A stretch of 64,000 nt of DNA from a bacterium (GTDB lineage: Bacteria > Patescibacteriota > Minisyncoccia > UBA6257 > 02-FULL-45-10c), in assembly GCA_021786945.1 (NCBI GenBank), contig JAJYMK010000003.1, positions 393,471 through 457,470 on the forward strand, given 5' to 3'. How positions within the stretch are numbered: position 1 is the stretch's first letter; each line of letters opens with the position of its first letter. The position numbers and the translations under genes are program-made. Below, in pieces: positions 34,701 through 47,960 of the stretch. Under the pieces are notes generated by a model that did not search any database, was not told the origin of the DNA, and saw nothing but the letters and a program-made list of their open reading frames with translations.

Positions 34701-37700
34701 TTACTCTGATTCCTCTTCGCTTTCTACTACCGGCCTTTTGCCTTTATGAAATTCCAAGCCTGTTCCTACCGGAATTAACCTTCCGATAATGACGTTTTCT
34801 TTTAAGCCTCTTAATTCGTCTACCTTGCCTTCGCAGGCGGCATTGATAAGAACACGTGCAGTTTCCTGGAATGAAGCAGCGGAAAGGAAGCTCTCCGTGG
34901 ACAAAGCAACTTTGGTAATACCCATAAGTTTCTGCATGGCTTTAGCCGGGGTTTTACCAGCTTTCTTGAGGGCTCTGTTAACCTCCAAGAATAACGACTT
35001 CTCAACCACATCGCCCGCAACCAATTCAGAATCACCGGAATCTTTAATCTGAACTCTGGAGAACATCTGCCTAACAATAACTTCAATGTGTTTGTTGTTT
35101 ATAGGAGCACCTTCGCTGAAATAAATCTTCTGAACTTCATTGATGATATACTTCTCGACCTCCTCTCCTCCCCTGAATTCAAATATTTCTTTCAAATCCA
35201 TATTACCCTCACAAAGCTGATCACCCTTCTTGATAATATCTTTTACCTTAACAAACAATGTCGATGTTCTCGGGACCTGATATTCCAAAATATTGTTCTT
35301 CTTTTTCTCTTCCGATTTTACCTTGATAATTTTTACCAAGCCTCTTTCTTCAATTTCTTCAACTACGCCATCTTCCACAGCAATATAAGCTCTGCCTTTT
35401 GGCGGACGGCATTCAAAAATTTCTTCTACTCTAGGCAAACCATGTGTAATATCTGCACCTGCCACACCACCGGTATGGAAAGTTTTCATGGTGAGCTGCG
35501 TACCAGGTTCACCAATTGACTGAGCGGCAATAATACCTACAGCCAAACCAATTTCGGCCGGCTTATCGTGACCCAAATCATTTCCATAACACTTAGAACA
35601 AACACCGTACAAACTCTTACAAGTAATTGGAGATTTAACCTTGACTGATTCAAGTGTTGATTTAGCGATAATTTCAGATTTTTCTTTATCAATAACTTCT
35701 CCGGATTTTACCAAAACTTTACCGTCAACTTTTATATCTTCGGCAGCTGTTCTGGAGTAAAGCTGATTACCATAACCAAATACCTGTCCAACCTCAGAAC
35801 CATCCTTTCTGTTTATTATTATTCCTTCTTTGGTCTTACAATCTTCCTCTTTAATAACTAAATCCTGAGATACATCAACAAGTCTCCTGGTTAAATAACC
35901 AGCTGAAGCTGTTTTCAAAGCAGTATCGGTAGTACCCTTTCTTGCTCCGTGAGTAGAAATAAAGTATTCCAACACGCTGAAACCTTCTTTTAATGAAGAT
36001 TTAATAGGCAACTCAATAAGTTCATTTTTAGGATTTTGCACTAAACCTTTCATACCCATCATTTGAACTGGCTGCGACCATGTACCTCTTGCTCCGGAGT
36101 CGATAATAGAGAAAATAGAATTGTCTTCGGTCATAGCCTGAGGAACTAATTTAGCAATTTTGTCCTTAACTTCAACCCAGATCTTAATAACCCTTGCCCT
36201 TCTTTCGGAATCAGTGAGTAAACCATCTTCGTATTGTTGTCTTACAGCCAAAACATCCTGTTCAGCTTTAGCTATAATTTCAAACTTAGCTTTAGGGGTA
36301 ACCAAATCACTGATAGCCCAAGTAATACCCGATCTTGAAGCATATTCGAAACCAATTTTCTTGATAGCGTCGATATGAAAAGCGGCCACCTCAGTACCGT
36401 AGTTTTTAATAATCTTATAAACAATTTTAGGAAGATATTTTTTGTTTACAACTTCATTTATAAATCCGAAATCTTTCGGCAAGGCAGAATTAAATATCAA
36501 TCTTCCTATGGAAGTTTCTAATTTATTTATTTTTATCAAAGCATTGATGGCGACATAATCCATTTCAAAAGCAAACATGGCTTCTTCTTCCGTGGCAAAT
36601 AATTTACCGGTTCCTTTGGCATTCTTCAAAACTTTAGTGAGATAGTAACAACCCAAAACAATATCCTGAGTCGGAACGGTAATCGGATCTCCTGTAGCCG
36701 GCTTCAATAAGTTGCGGCTGGAAAGCATCATTTCGGAAGCCTCTTTCTGAGCCTCTTCGGAAAGCGGTAAATGGACGGCCATTTGGTCACCATCGAAGTC
36801 CGCGTTAAAGGCGGTACAAACGAGTGGCGGAATTCGTATGGCTAAATCTTCGGTAAGCAAAGGCTTGAAAGCCTGAACACCCAATCTGTGAAGAGTCGGA
36901 GCACGATTAAGCAACACTTTTCTGTCGGCAATAACTTCTTCAAGAATAGCCCAAACTTCCGGAGGAGCCTGTTCAATAAGCCTGTTGGAATTTCTAATAT
37001 TATGAGCTAAACCTCTTTCCAAGATTTTATTAATCACAAATGGCTTGAAAAGCTCCAAGGCCATTTTTTTAGGAAGTCCGCATTCGGAAATCTTAAGATC
37101 TGGACCAACGGCAATAACCGAACGACCGGAATAATCTACACGTTTTCCGAGCAAATTCTGTCTAAATCTTCCCTGCTTTCCCTTCAACATGTCGGCTAAA
37201 GACCTGAGCGGCCTCTTCTGGCTAGACATTTCCTGAGAACCAAAACGAGCGGCATTATCAATCAAAGCATCAACTGATTCCTGAAGCATTCTCTTTTCGT
37301 TGACAACAATCACGTCCGGAGCTTTTAATTCCAAAAGTTTTTTCAAACGATTATTTCTGTTTATGACTCTTCTGTAAAGATCGTTCAGATCGGAAGTGGC
37401 ATATCGCCCTCCATCCAAGGCAACCATCGGCCTCAAATCCGGAGGAAGTACCGGCAATACAGTCATAACCATCCATTCCGGCCTGATATTGTTTTTCAAC
37501 ATCGAAGTCGCAAATTTTAACCTCTTTAAAAGCCTTCTTTCGTCGAGAGGATTTGTAATTACCCCCTTGCTTTCTATTTCTTTTTTGATTTCACCGATAA
37601 TTTTTTCTAAATCAATTTCTTCCAAAATTTTTCTGATGGCTTCAGCGCCGGTCCCGGCTTCAAATACATCGCCGAATCTCCTGGCCATATTATGATAATC

Positions 37701-38276
37701 GGATTCGCCCAAAACAGCGCCAACCTTCAAGCTGTTAAGCATGGACTTTGTTTCGGAAAAACCAGCCTTCAACTGATCCTGATCAACGCCTTCATCGGAA
37801 GCAGTTTTCTTTCTAGATTTATATTCTTTCTCCAATTCTTCCAAAGCTCTTTTCTTATTTTCTTCATTTACAGAAGTAATAATAAAAGCGGCATAATAAG
37901 CAACTTTTTCCACTTTCGGAAGAGGAACATCGAGCATTAAACTGATTTTGGACGGAGCATTTTTCAAAAACCAAATATGAGCAACTGGGGTTGCCAATTT
38001 GATGTGACCCATCCTTTCTCTTCTGACAACGGAACGGGTAACTTCAACACCACATTTGTCGCAGACAATACCTTTATATCTTATTCTTCTGTATTTTCCG
38101 CAATAGCACTCCCAATCTTTTGTTGGACCAAAAATTCTTTCAGAAAAAAGACCGTCTTTTTCCGGACGCTGAGTCCTATAATTGATTGTTTCCGGCTTTG
38201 TTACTTCTCCATAAGACCATTTCAAAATATCTTCAGGAGAGGCAATTTTCAATTTTATAGCTTTAAGGCTTTCCAT
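34701..38276 (-). CDS. rpoC: DNA-directed RNA polymerase subunit beta'
   Basis: [12 protein letters not shown] catalytic motif, zinc-binding CxxC...CxxC near the N-terminus, 1191 aa. Confidence 0.97.
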   Translation of the reverse strand: MESLKAIKLKIASPEDILKWSYGEVTKPETINYRTQRPEKDGLFSERIFGPTKDWECYCGKYRRIRYKGIVCDKCGVEVTRSVVRRERMGHIKLATPVAHIWFLKNAPSKISLMLDVPLPKVEKVAYYAAFIITSVNEENKKRALEELEKEYKSRKKTASDEGVDQDQLKAGFSETKSMLNSLKVGAVLGESDYHNMARRFGDVFEAGTGAEAIRKILEEIDLEKIIGEIKKEIESKGVITNPLDERRLLKRLKFATSMLKNNIRPEWMVMTVLPVLPPDLRPMVALDGGRYATSDLNDLYRRVINRNNRLKKLLELKAPDVIVVNEKRMLQESVDALIDNAARFGSQEMSSQKRPLRSLADMLKGKQGRFRQNLLGKRVDYSGRSVIAVGPDLKISECGLPKKMALELFKPFVINKILERGLAHNIRNSNRLIEQAPPEVWAILEEVIADRKVLLNRAPTLHRLGVQAFKPLLTEDLAIRIPPLVCTAFNADFDGDQMAVHLPLSEEAQKEASEMMLSSRNLLKPATGDPITVPTQDIVLGCYYLTKVLKNAKGTGKLFATEEEAMFAFEMDYVAINALIKINKLETSIGRLIFNSALPKDFGFINEVVNKKYLPKIVYKIIKNYGTEVAAFHIDAIKKIGFEYASRSGITWAISDLVTPKAKFEIIAKAEQDVLAVRQQYEDGLLTDSERRARVIKIWVEVKDKIAKLVPQAMTEDNSIFSIIDSGARGTWSQPVQMMGMKGLVQNPKNELIELPIKSSLKEGFSVLEYFISTHGARKGTTDTALKTASAGYLTRRLVDVSQDLVIKEEDCKTKEGIIINRKDGSEVGQVFGYGNQLYSRTAAEDIKVDGKVLVKSGEVIDKEKSEIIAKSTLESVKVKSPITCKSLYGVCSKCYGNDLGHDKPAEIGLAVGIIAAQSIGEPGTQLTMKTFHTGGVAGADITHGLPRVEEIFECRPPKGRAYIAVEDGVVEEIEERGLVKIIKVKSEEKKKNNILEYQVPRTSTLFVKVKDIIKKGDQLCEGNMDLKEIFEFRGGEEVEKYIINEVQKIYFSEGAPINNKHIEVIVRQMFSRVQIKDSGDSELVAGDVVEKSLFLEVNRALKKAGKTPAKAMQKLMGITKVALSTESFLSAASFQETARVLINAACEGKVDELRGLKENVIIGRLIPVGTGLEFHKGKRPVVESEEESE

Positions 38277-38278
38277 AG

Positions 38279-41200
38279 TTATTCTTCGTCATTATTATCC
38301 TGTCTAAGGAGTTCGACGTTTAACCCCAATGATTTCAACTCGCTTAATAACACATTGAACGATGCCGGGATATTTGGACTCTTGATCTTTTCTCCCTTGA
38401 TAATCGATTCATAGGAAGCTGCACGGCCAAGTACGTCATCTGATTTTATTGTCAAAATTTCCTGTAAAATATTGGCGGCGCCATATCCTTCCAAAGCCCA
38501 GACTTCCATTTCTCCGAATCTCTGACCTCCGAATTGAGCTTTACCTCCCAAAGGTTGCTGGGTAATCAACGAATAAGGACCGATTGATCTCATGTGAATC
38601 TTGTCTTCAACCAAGTGGTTGAGTTTGAGCATGTAAATAACACCCACAGTAACCTCCCTATCAAACGGTTTTCCTGTGCGGCCATCATACAAAGTTACCT
38701 TTCCGCTTTCAGGAAGTCCGGCTTTCTTTAATTCTTCTTTGATTTGTTCTTCTGAAGCTCCGGAAAGTGCCGGAGTAACAGCTCTGTATCCCAAAGTTTT
38801 AGCAGCCCAACCAAGGTGAGTTTCCAAAATTTGTCCGAGGTTCATACGGGACGCGACACCAAGCGGCGTTAAAACAATATCTACCGGAGTACCGTCGGCC
38901 AAATAAGGCATGTCTTCTACTGGTCTTACTTGTGAAATAACACCCTTGTTTCCATGTCTTCCAGCTAATTTATCACCAGCCATAACCTTTCTGAGCTGAG
39001 CAATTTCAACCTGAATTCTCCTTATAATTCCTGGTTCTAACTTATCTCCTTTATCTCTGTCAAAAATCTTGATACCCACAACTCTTCCGGACTTACCGTG
39101 AGACATCGTAAGAGAAGTGTCTTTAACATCTCTGGCTTTTTCACCGAAAATGGCCCTAAGCAATCTCTCTTCAGAAGTAAGCTCGCTTTCTCCCTTCGGG
39201 GAAATCTTACCTACCAAAATATCACCGGATCTAACTTCTGCGCCGATTCTGATAATTCCCTCTTCATCCAAGTTTTTCAATTTTTCTTCGGAAACGTTCG
39301 GAATATCCGGAGTGGTTACTTCCGGACCAAGCTTTGTATCGCGGACATCACAATAAAAATCTTCGATGTGAATAGAAGTAAATCTATCCTGCTGAACAAC
39401 TTTTTCGGAAAGAATAATGGCGTCTTCAAAGTTAAGCCCTTGCCAGGAAACGAAAGCTACGAGCAAATTCTGGCCTAAAGCCAATGTGCCGTTATCAATA
39501 GAAGGTCCATCACACAAAATCTCGCCCTTCTTTACCTTTTGGCCCTTATTTACAATAGGTCTCTGAGAAATAGAAGTGAATTGGTTAGATCTCTTGAATT
39601 TATTAAGAGTATATTTCTTTAATCCCGATTTGGTTTTCAAAACGATATTTCTGGCATCAACTTCGGTAATTTCACCAGCATCTTCGGCTAAAATAACATG
39701 GCCCGAATCTCTAGCAACTTTGTCTTCCATACCGGTTCCTACAAAAGGAGCTTCGGCTTTAATAGAAACAACGCCTTGTCGTTGCATGTTTGAACCCATG
39801 AGTGCACGGTTGGCATCATCGTGTTCCAAGAACGGAATCAAAGATGTGGCAACGGAAATAGACTGGTTTGGAGCAATATCAATCAAATCAACCTCGTCTC
39901 TTTCACAAACGTTCGGCTCACCATTAATTCTAGCTTCAACAATTTTATTTTTAATCTTTAATTTTTCATCAAATTCAACACCACCGTGAGCAATTTTATA
40001 TTTCTCCTCATCTAAAGCGTTAAGCCAGACAATTTCGTCGGTAATAACACCTTTTTTAACAACTGCATATGGAGTTTCTAAGAAACCCAAAGCATTAATT
40101 CTAGAAAAGTTAGCCAAGTGGTTCACTAAACCGATGTTAGAACCTTCCGGAGTTTCAATAGGACAAATTCTTCCATAGTGAGATCTGTGTACGTCACGAA
40201 CCTCAAAACCGGCTCTTTCTTTTGTGAGACCGCCGGGACCCATAGCGGAAATTCTACGTTTATGCTCGACTTCGGTTAACGGATTTACCTGATCCATGAA
40301 CTGGGAAAGCTGAGAAGAAGAAAAGAATTCCTTTACAACCGAAACTAATGGTCTGGCATTTACCAATTGGACCGGAGTTAAAGTATCGATATCTAAAGTA
40401 GACATTCTGTCCTGAACAATACGTTTTAATCTGGCCAAACCGATTCTTAACTTACCCTCCAACAGCTCACCTACCGGTCTAACACGCCTATTTCCCAAAT
40501 GATCAATATCGTCCGGTTCAGCGGTCTGTTCGTTATTAAGTTTAATAATCTGCCTAAAAATAGCGATAATATCGTCTAATTCCAACAATTTAGAATTACT
40601 CTTTAAATCCAATCTCTGATTTATTTTAAATCTTCCCACCTGAGATAAATCATAACGATCGAATCTAAAAAACATAGCTTCTATTAAACTCTTAGCGTTT
40701 TCCGCGGTAGCTAAATCACCCGGCCTTATTCTCTTATAAATTTCAACAAAAGCATCCATGGCATTTTTGGAAGGATCTTTTTTGAGTGTTGTTTTTATAT
40801 GCTCCAACTCTCCGTTGTCGATATCGGAAAATACCTCCAAAATATCTTCATTGGTTTCAAGTCCAAAAATTTTAAGAAGCTCTGTGGCCGGAGCCTTTCT
40901 CTTTCTATCTATTTTTACATAAATAACACCATCCGCATCCGTTTCGAATTCAAGCCAAGCACCCCTATTTGGAATAACTTTAGCGCCAAAAAGTTTTCTG
41001 CCTCTATAAACGCTGCCGGTAAAATAAACACCCGGAGACCTTACTAGCTGAGAAACTACAACTCTTTCAACTCCATTGATAATAAAAGTTCCTCTCTCGG
41101 TCATCATCGGAAAATCACCGAAATAAACTTCCTGTTCTTTTTCGTATTTAGCCTTTTTATTTACCAACTTAAGATTCGCTCTCAAAGTAGCTTCGAAAGT

Positions 41201-41440
41201 CAAATCTTTAAACTTGGCATACTCCTCATCGTATTTAGGCTCATCAAAATAAAAATCCTTGAAATGTAATTCCAAGTCTTTTCCCGCATAATCTTTGATA
41301 GGAGAAATTTCTTTAAATAATTCTTTTAGACCTTCTTTTAAAAATCTTTTATACGAGTCGGTCTGGATCTCGATTAAATTCGGCTGACCAATGAAAGCAC
41401 CTGGGTGCTTTGAAAAAACTTTTGTAGGTAGTTTTAGCAT
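38279..41440 (-). CDS. rpoB: DNA-directed RNA polymerase subunit beta
   Basis: highly conserved beta-subunit blocks (..[14 protein letters not shown]..), 1053 aa, immediately upstream of rpoC. Confidence 0.97.
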   Translation of the reverse strand: MLKLPTKVFSKHPGAFIGQPNLIEIQTDSYKRFLKEGLKELFKEISPIKDYAGKDLELHFKDFYFDEPKYDEEYAKFKDLTFEATLRANLKLVNKKAKYEKEQEVYFGDFPMMTERGTFIINGVERVVVSQLVRSPGVYFTGSVYRGRKLFGAKVIPNRGAWLEFETDADGVIYVKIDRKRKAPATELLKIFGLETNEDILEVFSDIDNGELEHIKTTLKKDPSKNAMDAFVEIYKRIRPGDLATAENAKSLIEAMFFRFDRYDLSQVGRFKINQRLDLKSNSKLLELDDIIAIFRQIIKLNNEQTAEPDDIDHLGNRRVRPVGELLEGKLRIGLARLKRIVQDRMSTLDIDTLTPVQLVNARPLVSVVKEFFSSSQLSQFMDQVNPLTEVEHKRRISAMGPGGLTKERAGFEVRDVHRSHYGRICPIETPEGSNIGLVNHLANFSRINALGFLETPYAVVKKGVITDEIVWLNALDEEKYKIAHGGVEFDEKLKIKNKIVEARINGEPNVCERDEVDLIDIAPNQSISVATSLIPFLEHDDANRALMGSNMQRQGVVSIKAEAPFVGTGMEDKVARDSGHVILAEDAGEITEVDARNIVLKTKSGLKKYTLNKFKRSNQFTSISQRPIVNKGQKVKKGEILCDGPSIDNGTLALGQNLLVAFVSWQGLNFEDAIILSEKVVQQDRFTSIHIEDFYCDVRDTKLGPEVTTPDIPNVSEEKLKNLDEEGIIRIGAEVRSGDILVGKISPKGESELTSEERLLRAIFGEKARDVKDTSLTMSHGKSGRVVGIKIFDRDKGDKLEPGIIRRIQVEIAQLRKVMAGDKLAGRHGNKGVISQVRPVEDMPYLADGTPVDIVLTPLGVASRMNLGQILETHLGWAAKTLGYRAVTPALSGASEEQIKEELKKAGLPESGKVTLYDGRTGKPFDREVTVGVIYMLKLNHLVEDKIHMRSIGPYSLITQQPLGGKAQFGGQRFGEMEVWALEGYGAANILQEILTIKSDDVLGRAASYESIIKGEKIKSPNIPASFNVLLSELKSLGLNVELLRQDNNDEE

Positions 41441-41594
41441 AAAAAAATTCGAAGCTTGCTCTGCTCGATTTTTTAGAGTTATTTAATAATATATAAATAT
41501 TAAACTATATTCAATTTTTGTCAACCACTTTACTTATCCACTTTTTATCTGCTACCTACTTTTACTATTTCATTATACCATAAATCGATTTTGT

Positions 41595-42674
41595 CTATAA
41601 GCCCAGATATTTAACCCTGTTAATATTTTGCTCTTCCAAAGTTTTGCTAAAAATAATTTTATGGGTTTTAGGATCGGACAAATAATACAAATAATCAGAG
41701 CTTTGGGGGTGAAGTGCCGCATCAATTGATGCCAAACCCGGATTACTTATTGGGGTTGGAGGCAAAATATTATGTAAATAGGTATTGTATGGTGATACTA
41801 GGGTTAGTTCTTTTTTTGTTAGTAATGGATTTTCACAATAAAAAATATATCCTCCGCACTTTGCATAAACAATGCTTGCATCTATCTGAATCGGCATCCC
41901 AATCTTTAAACGTTTATAGATAATTCCAGAAACAATCGGCCTGTCTGCATCGAAATAAGCTTCTTTTTCCACCAAAGAAGCTATTGCGAGTATTTGATAT
42001 TGATCAAAGGTTTTTTTACCGATATCGATAGTTTGATCTTTTAAAAATGGCCAGGCCTTTGCATTAAAATTATCCAATATTTTTTTAACAACATCTTCAG
42101 GATAAGAATTGATAAAAAAATTATATGTATCTGGGAAAAAATAACCTTCAATTTTTATAGGCGACTTTAAATCTTTTAAAAATCCGTAATTATTCTTTAC
42201 TGAGTCAAAATTAAAACCAGATAAAGATCCCGGTTTTATAATCCCGGCATCGCTTAACTTTTTTTCTATATCAAGAAAGGTAAAACCCTCAGGAATAACA
42301 ATTTCCCTTTCCAACTCCGGACCAGCAATCAAAATTTTAAGAATTTCAAAAGAGCTTAATGAGGTATCCAAAGAATATTGTCCCGGCTTCAATTTATGCG
42401 CATTTCCAGATATAAGAGAAAAAAAACTAAAAGATAGATTGGAGCGTATAATTCCGCTATCTTCCAAATCCTTAGAAATCTGGCTGAATCCTTCACCTTG
42501 TTTTATTTCTATTTGCTTTATATTACTAACCGTAGAAACAGGCCCTAAAGCTATCATAAAATATCCGAATAACAACATCGAAATTAAAGTAAAAACCAAT
42601 AAAAACCAAAGGATTATTTTGGTCTTAAGACTAAAAATTTTAAAACTATTTATCTGTGAATTTTCTGAATCCAT
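41595..42674 (-). CDS. mltG: endolytic murein transglycosylase MltG (YceG family)
   Basis: N-terminal TM helix, YceG signature KIEGYFFPDTYNF. Confidence 0.8.
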   Translation of the reverse strand: MDSENSQINSFKIFSLKTKIILWFLLVFTLISMLLFGYFMIALGPVSTVSNIKQIEIKQGEGFSQISKDLEDSGIIRSNLSFSFFSLISGNAHKLKPGQYSLDTSLSSFEILKILIAGPELEREIVIPEGFTFLDIEKKLSDAGIIKPGSLSGFNFDSVKNNYGFLKDLKSPIKIEGYFFPDTYNFFINSYPEDVVKKILDNFNAKAWPFLKDQTIDIGKKTFDQYQILAIASLVEKEAYFDADRPIVSGIIYKRLKIGMPIQIDASIVYAKCGGYIFYCENPLLTKKELTLVSPYNTYLHNILPPTPISNPGLASIDAALHPQSSDYLYYLSDPKTHKIIFSKTLEEQNINRVKYLGL

Positions 42675-42677
42675 AAT

Positions 42678-43763
42678 TTACTTATTTCTCAAAACAATAC
42701 TTTGTATTATACCAACAATTACGACACTAACGAGTAAATTAGAGCCTCCGTAACTCAAAAATGGAAAAGAAACTCCGACCACCGGCAAAACCCCTAAATT
42801 AGATCCCGCATTTAATAAAAATTGGGTCAGAAACATTATTACCGAGCCAAGACAAAAAAATCTAGAAAAATTATTATCACTAGCCAGTCCAATTTTTATT
42901 ATCCTAAAAAGCATTATCATAAAAACCGAAATAAGAAGAAAAGCCCCTAAAATTCCCCATTCTTCAATAAAAGCCGCCAAAATAAAATCTGTCTGTGCCT
43001 CTGGAAGAAAACCAAGTTTAACTTGAGTTCCCTGCCCGAAACCCTTCCCCAAAAAACCTGCGGATCCTATAGCTATCTTAGACTGAATCACGTTATAACT
43101 CGTTCCCAAAGGATCCTTTTCCGGATAAAAAAGACCTACAACTCTTTCTTTTTGATAATCCTTTAAAAAACCAGCCCACATTAAAACGAAAATTAAAGCA
43201 AAAGCAATTAGGGCCGCAATCAAATGCTTCCATTTAATACCACTGATCAGAAGATATCCGAACCATATGGAAAATAAAATCAAAACCGTTCCTAAATCAG
43301 GCTGAATCAGTACCAAAGCAGCTGGTAAGGCAAAATATAAAAATGATTTAAATAAATTTTTAATATGACCTATACCTATATGAGCCTTTGCCCAAAAAAA
43401 AGAAAATAAGATAATAAGAGCTAGTTTGGCTAATTCAGAAGTTTGAAATTTTAATTCCCCAAAAGACAACCAGCCCCGAACGCCACGAATAGGAGATGCA
43501 ATCAAGTAAGTAAAACCTAAAAATACAATTATAAAAAAATAAAAACCAAAAACAACCCAGGGATAATTTTCAAAAGGCCTTAAATCTATCTGAGAAATAA
43601 TAAATATCAAAATAAATCCAAAAATAAACCAAGCTAACTGCTTATAAAAAAGCCCGGAATCACTACTCAATAAAGTTATAAGCCCCGCTATACCAATAAA
43701 AAAAATGCAGGTATTTAAAACCCAATCTAAATTCTTAAGTCTGCCGAAAAAATCGTTATACAT
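42678..43763 (-). CDS. SEDS-family peptidoglycan glycosyltransferase (FtsW/RodA)
   Basis: about 10 TM helices, SEDS-typical loops; start taken at the internal ATG (43763) to avoid the 68-bp overlap that the 43841 start would give with the upstream gene. Confidence 0.8.
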   Translation of the reverse strand: MYNDFFGRLKNLDWVLNTCIFFIGIAGLITLLSSDSGLFYKQLAWFIFGFILIFIISQIDLRPFENYPWVVFGFYFFIIVFLGFTYLIASPIRGVRGWLSFGELKFQTSELAKLALIILFSFFWAKAHIGIGHIKNLFKSFLYFALPAALVLIQPDLGTVLILFSIWFGYLLISGIKWKHLIAALIAFALIFVLMWAGFLKDYQKERVVGLFYPEKDPLGTSYNVIQSKIAIGSAGFLGKGFGQGTQVKLGFLPEAQTDFILAAFIEEWGILGAFLLISVFMIMLFRIIKIGLASDNNFSRFFCLGSVIMFLTQFLLNAGSNLGVLPVVGVSFPFLSYGGSNLLVSVVIVGIIQSIVLRNK

Positions 43764-43773
43764 ACCGAATAAT

Positions 43774-44535
43774 TTAATAAGTCGGATAAATAAAAATCTT
43801 TGTGGCCGAAAAATCAACTTTCTGTTCCGAATTTTTATCAATCGCTATCAAAACTTTGTAATCCCTTTCGCCAAAAATTGGAAGATTATCAAATTTAGTC
43901 TTACTTACTCCTAAGACATTTCCGGAATTATCCATCAAAAAGGCGCTTATTTCTGTCTGGGGAATATCGAAACTATAAAGATTTTTTATTTTACCGGAAA
44001 CGGCATAAAAATCACCGTCTTTATAAGTCCTGGGATTTTGATTTTCCAGCTTAATAGATCTGAATTCAGAAGATGGGCTCCAATTCAAAGCAGAGAAAAT
44101 AACCTTTGCATATTTTATATCTCCCAAAATTTTTTGTCCCGCCTCAACAATTTTTTTATCCTGAGCAGGATAAATAAATGAATTTCCAGTTACCGATCCT
44201 AGAAGTTTATCAGCAAAACCGTAAAAATCTATCTGATATTTAAAATTCTTGAGTCCTAAATTCTGATTTGGATTATTTAAATCAAAGTCAACTGAAATTA
44301 AATCTCCCAACCTAAACATCTGTAAATTTGTATATATTAATTCTTTTGGGTATTTCTGTTCACAGGAGATTCCACAAATATTGCCGCAATCAATTCCCTC
44401 TTCTCCTTGATTCTGAATTCCGTCCGAACATGTCGGAGTTATAAAAAACGAACCGCGGAAAATAAAAAATACAATGCCGGCTATTAAAGCGAGTAAAATT
44501 CCTCCAAATAAAAATTGTTTTAAAACTCTATTCAT
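43774..44535 (-). CDS. N-terminally anchored extracytoplasmic protein, function unknown
   Basis: N-terminal TM helix, Cys-rich segment CSDGIQNQGEEGIDCGNICGISCE, 253 aa. Confidence 0.4.
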   Translation of the reverse strand: MNRVLKQFLFGGILLALIAGIVFFIFRGSFFITPTCSDGIQNQGEEGIDCGNICGISCEQKYPKELIYTNLQMFRLGDLISVDFDLNNPNQNLGLKNFKYQIDFYGFADKLLGSVTGNSFIYPAQDKKIVEAGQKILGDIKYAKVIFSALNWSPSSEFRSIKLENQNPRTYKDGDFYAVSGKIKNLYSFDIPQTEISAFLMDNSGNVLGVSKTKFDNLPIFGERDYKVLIAIDKNSEQKVDFSATKIFIYPTY

Positions 44536-44596
44536 TATTATTTATTATACAACAATGCCGCCTGTGTTTATAAATAAAAAACCCCACAAATTCTTC

Positions 44597-44717
44597 TTAT
44601 AACCGGCGTAACCTACTTTCTCGCCCAACAAATTAGGACAATATCATCGGTCTTAAACATTTTCACTTCTCTGTTCGGAATGGGAAGAGGTGGGTCATGT
44701 TTAAGTAAAACACCAGC
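44597..44717 (-). rRNA. rrf: 5S ribosomal RNA
   Basis: reverse complement contains CCCATTCCGAACAGAGAAGTGAAA...GACCGATGATA, matching the 5S loop B/C consensus; terminal helix GCTGGTG/CGCCGGT. Confidence 0.7.
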
Positions 44718-44809
44718 TAAAAGAAAAATTCGTGGGGTTTCTTAATCAATCTCAAAGATAAATTCTAACTTAAGAGGTCAGAATCTCTTATACAAAACTT
44801 CAAAAAATT

Positions 44810-47800
44810 GAAATCTTGTATAAAAGAAAATCGGTCTATTAGTACTACTCGACTAAACACATTACTGTGCTTACATCTGTAGCCTATCAACGCAGTAGTC
44901 TTCTGCGGACCTAACACATAGTCTCAGGGTGGGCTTCGTGCTTAGATGCTTTCAGCGCTTATCCCTTCCGAGCAATAGCTACCCAGCATTTCAGTTGGTA
45001 CCAAAGCTGGCAGACCAGAGGCTCGTTCAATCCGGTCCTCTCGTACTAGGATCGACTCCCTTCAAGTGTTTATAAGTGTTCTTCACACTAACGCCTACAG
45101 CAGGTAGAGACCAACCTGTCTCACGACGGTTTGAACCCAGCTCACGTATCCTTTTAAATGGCGAACAGCCATACGCTTGGGACCTTCTCCAGCCCCGCGC
45201 TAGGATGAGCCGACATCGAGGTGCCGAGCTTCGTCGTCGATAGGGACTCTCGGACGAAACTAGCCTGTTATCCCCAGGGTAACTTTTAGCCGTTGTCTCC
45301 GACCTTTCTATAAAGAATCGTCGGGTCGCTAAGTTCCGCTTTCGCGTCTGCGCGACTTGTAGGTCTTGCAGTCAAGCTGGCTTGTGCCTTTACGCGTCCA
45401 GCCCGATTTCCATCCGGGCTAAGCCAACCTTGATAAACTCCTCCATTACTCTTTAGGAGGAAAATGCCCCATTTAAACTGTCCAGCAGGCACTGTCTCAG
45501 TCAGGCTTACAGGAAAACCCTGATTCCTAACCGGTTAGGCTTTAAAGAATTAAAAATGGGTGTTTCATTGGCGGATCCATTTACCCCGAAAGATAAACTT
45601 CAAATCCTACCCACTACGCTACGTATTAAACCTTTAAAGTCAATGCCAACACACAGTAAAGCTCCTGGGGTCTTTTCGTCTTGCTGCAGGTATCCCGCGT
45701 CTTCACGGGAATCGCATTTTCATCGAGCTCTTCGTTGAGACAGTTCTCCGATCATTACACCTTTCATGCGCTTCAGAACTTACCTGAAAAGGAATTGCGC
45801 TACCTTTGGACGGTTATAGTTACCGCCGACATTGACGAGGGCTTCGGGCGATAAGCACTATACATTGCTGCATAGCACCTTCACCGTTAACCTTCTCGCA
45901 TCGGTCAGGTGTCACCCCCTATACATCCACTTACGTGTTAGCAGGGAGTTGTGTTTTTGGTAAACAGTTGCCAGAGATACTTTAGCTGCGGCCCTTCTTG
46001 CGAAGGGCAGTCCTTATTGCGAACTTACGGACGCTTTTTTGCCGAGTTCCTTAACGAAGACTCACTCGTTCCCCTGAGGCTTCTCGCCTCACCCACCAGT
46101 GTCGGTTTACGGTACGATGTCTAATATATTAACCTTAGAAGTTTTTCTTGGAAGGCTCTTCATCTGTATTAGCTAAGTAAAAACTTAGCCTTACGTCAAT
46201 TCGCGAAACTTGCCATTAAAGGCAGATATCCGGATTTGCCTGGATACCGAATCTGAAAATCAGCGACGCCAAACCATTAAGGCGCACAGACTTATTTCCT
46301 CCGTCCCTCCCTCGAATATATCAGACGGGCCGGAATATTAACCGGCTTACCCTTCAGCTGCGGCTTTCGCCATGACCTTAGGATCGCCTAACCCGTGGTT
46401 GATTGCCATTGCCACGGAAACCTAGGATTTGCGGGGATTATGTTTCTCACATAATTTGGGATTACTTATACCAACATTCTCTCTTCCTAACGCTCCATCG
46501 CCCCTCGCGGGTACGACTTCACAGCAGATAGAAATGCTCTCCTACCAGATACTATCTTTACGATAGTAAATTCGCGCCTTCGGTATCTTGCTTAGCCCCG
46601 ATACATTTTTGGCGCAACCAACCATTGAATAGTGAGTTGTTACACACTCTTTAAAGGATGGCTACCTCTAAGCCAACCTCCTATCTGTCTATGGTTGATT
46701 ACTACCTTTTACACTTAGCAAGAATTTAGGGACCTTAGACGGCGATCTGGGCTCTTCCCCTCGCGACCGTGAAGCTTTGCCCCCACGGTCTAACTAGTAA
46801 TCACGATTCCTGGTATTCGGAGTTTGATTGGTCATCCGGTCTTTCGACCTGTGAGGACCATCCAGTGCTCTACCCCCAGAAAATTTAGGATTACCGCCAG
46901 TCCGAAAACTGTTTCGGAGAGAACCAGCTATCACTAAGCTCGATTAGCTTTTCACTTCTTACCCCAACTCATCCAAGGGTGTTGCACAACCCACTAGTTC
47001 GGACCTCCCCCTAATGTTTAGTTAGAGTTCATCCTGGTCAGGGCAAGCTCGCTTAGCTTCGGGTCTTACATAAACGACTGATTTCGCGCTATTAACACTC
47101 GGTTTCCCTACGGCTTCCCCGTCTCTACCGGGTTAGCCTTGCCGTTTACATAAAGTCGTTGGCTCATTCTTCAATAGGCACCACGTTAGCCGCAATGCAT
47201 CCGAAGATGCACTTTTAGCCTTCGAGTCCTTGTAAGCATATGGTTTCAGGTACTATTTCATCGCCCTCGCCGGGCTGCTTTTCACCTTTCCCTCACGGTA
47301 CTGGTTCACTATCGGTCATCAAAAGTATTTAGCCTCACGAGATTAGTACTCGTTGCTTCCTGCAAGGTTATGTGGCCTCGCAGTACTCAAGATAGATACT
47401 CATAAATGAGTAACTCCGGTCTTTCACCGGTAGAAACGGAAAAGATTGAATTTTTTTATTTACGAGGCTATCACTCCCTATGGCTCCTCTTTCCAGAGGA
47501 TTCAATTAAAATTCAATTTTGTAACTCTTCTCTTCAAACACAACGAATAATGAACCAGAAGAGTTCACTATTCGATGGTTTGAAAAAGTTTCTATCTTAC
47601 AACCCTCAAGACTTGATAACTGAAGGGCCTGAATTGTTCATCGAGTTTAATCCCGAATTCCATCTCCAGATTTCAGAAACCTTATCGAAAGTTTGGGCTA
47701 CTCCCTTTTCGCTCGCCGCTACTTGGGGAATCACTGTTGTTTTTTATTCTTCCGCTTACTGAGAAGTTTCACTTCAGCGGATACGCTCTTCATTTCTTAC

Positions 47801-47960
47801 GAAACAAAGCAATTGCGGTTTACGCAATTAGGTTACCCCATTAGGAAATCTCCGGATCAAAGGTTGCTAAGCACCTCCCCGAAGCTTATCGCAGCTACAC
47901 CACGTCCTTCATCGCCTTTTGATGCCAAGGCATCCACCATACGCCCTTAATTTAACGTTT
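44810..47960 (-). rRNA. rrl: 23S ribosomal RNA (about 3.15 kb, ends approximate), not linked to a 16S gene
   Basis: reverse complement aligns by eye to 23S landmarks from 5' GGATGCCTTGGC and AGTAGCGGCGAGCGAA through the GTP-ase centre, peptidyl-transferase region (GGATAACAGGCT, CTCGATGTCGGCTC) and sarcin-ricin loop (CCTAGTACGAGAGGACC). Confidence 0.9.

Noticed and set aside
34789-41047. Multiple 60-145-aa ORFs on the plus strand opposite rpoC and rpoB, and similar antisense ORFs opposite leuS, metG, topA and other long genes
   Set aside because: They are fully embedded antisense to long, well-supported genes, have no start-site context and low-complexity composition. They are treated as non-coding.
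45286-45738. Protein-coding ORFs 45286-45492 (minus) and 45556-45738 (plus)
   Set aside because: They lie entirely inside the 23S rRNA gene and are artefacts of translating rRNA.
44810-47960. Intron or homing-endonuclease insertion in the 23S rRNA, suggested by its ~3.15 kb length and by ORFs 47406-47762 and 47693-47950
   Set aside because: The reverse complement, followed block by block against E. coli 23S landmarks, is collinear with only variable-region expansions. The ORFs lie in ordinary rRNA sequence and have no endonuclease motifs.
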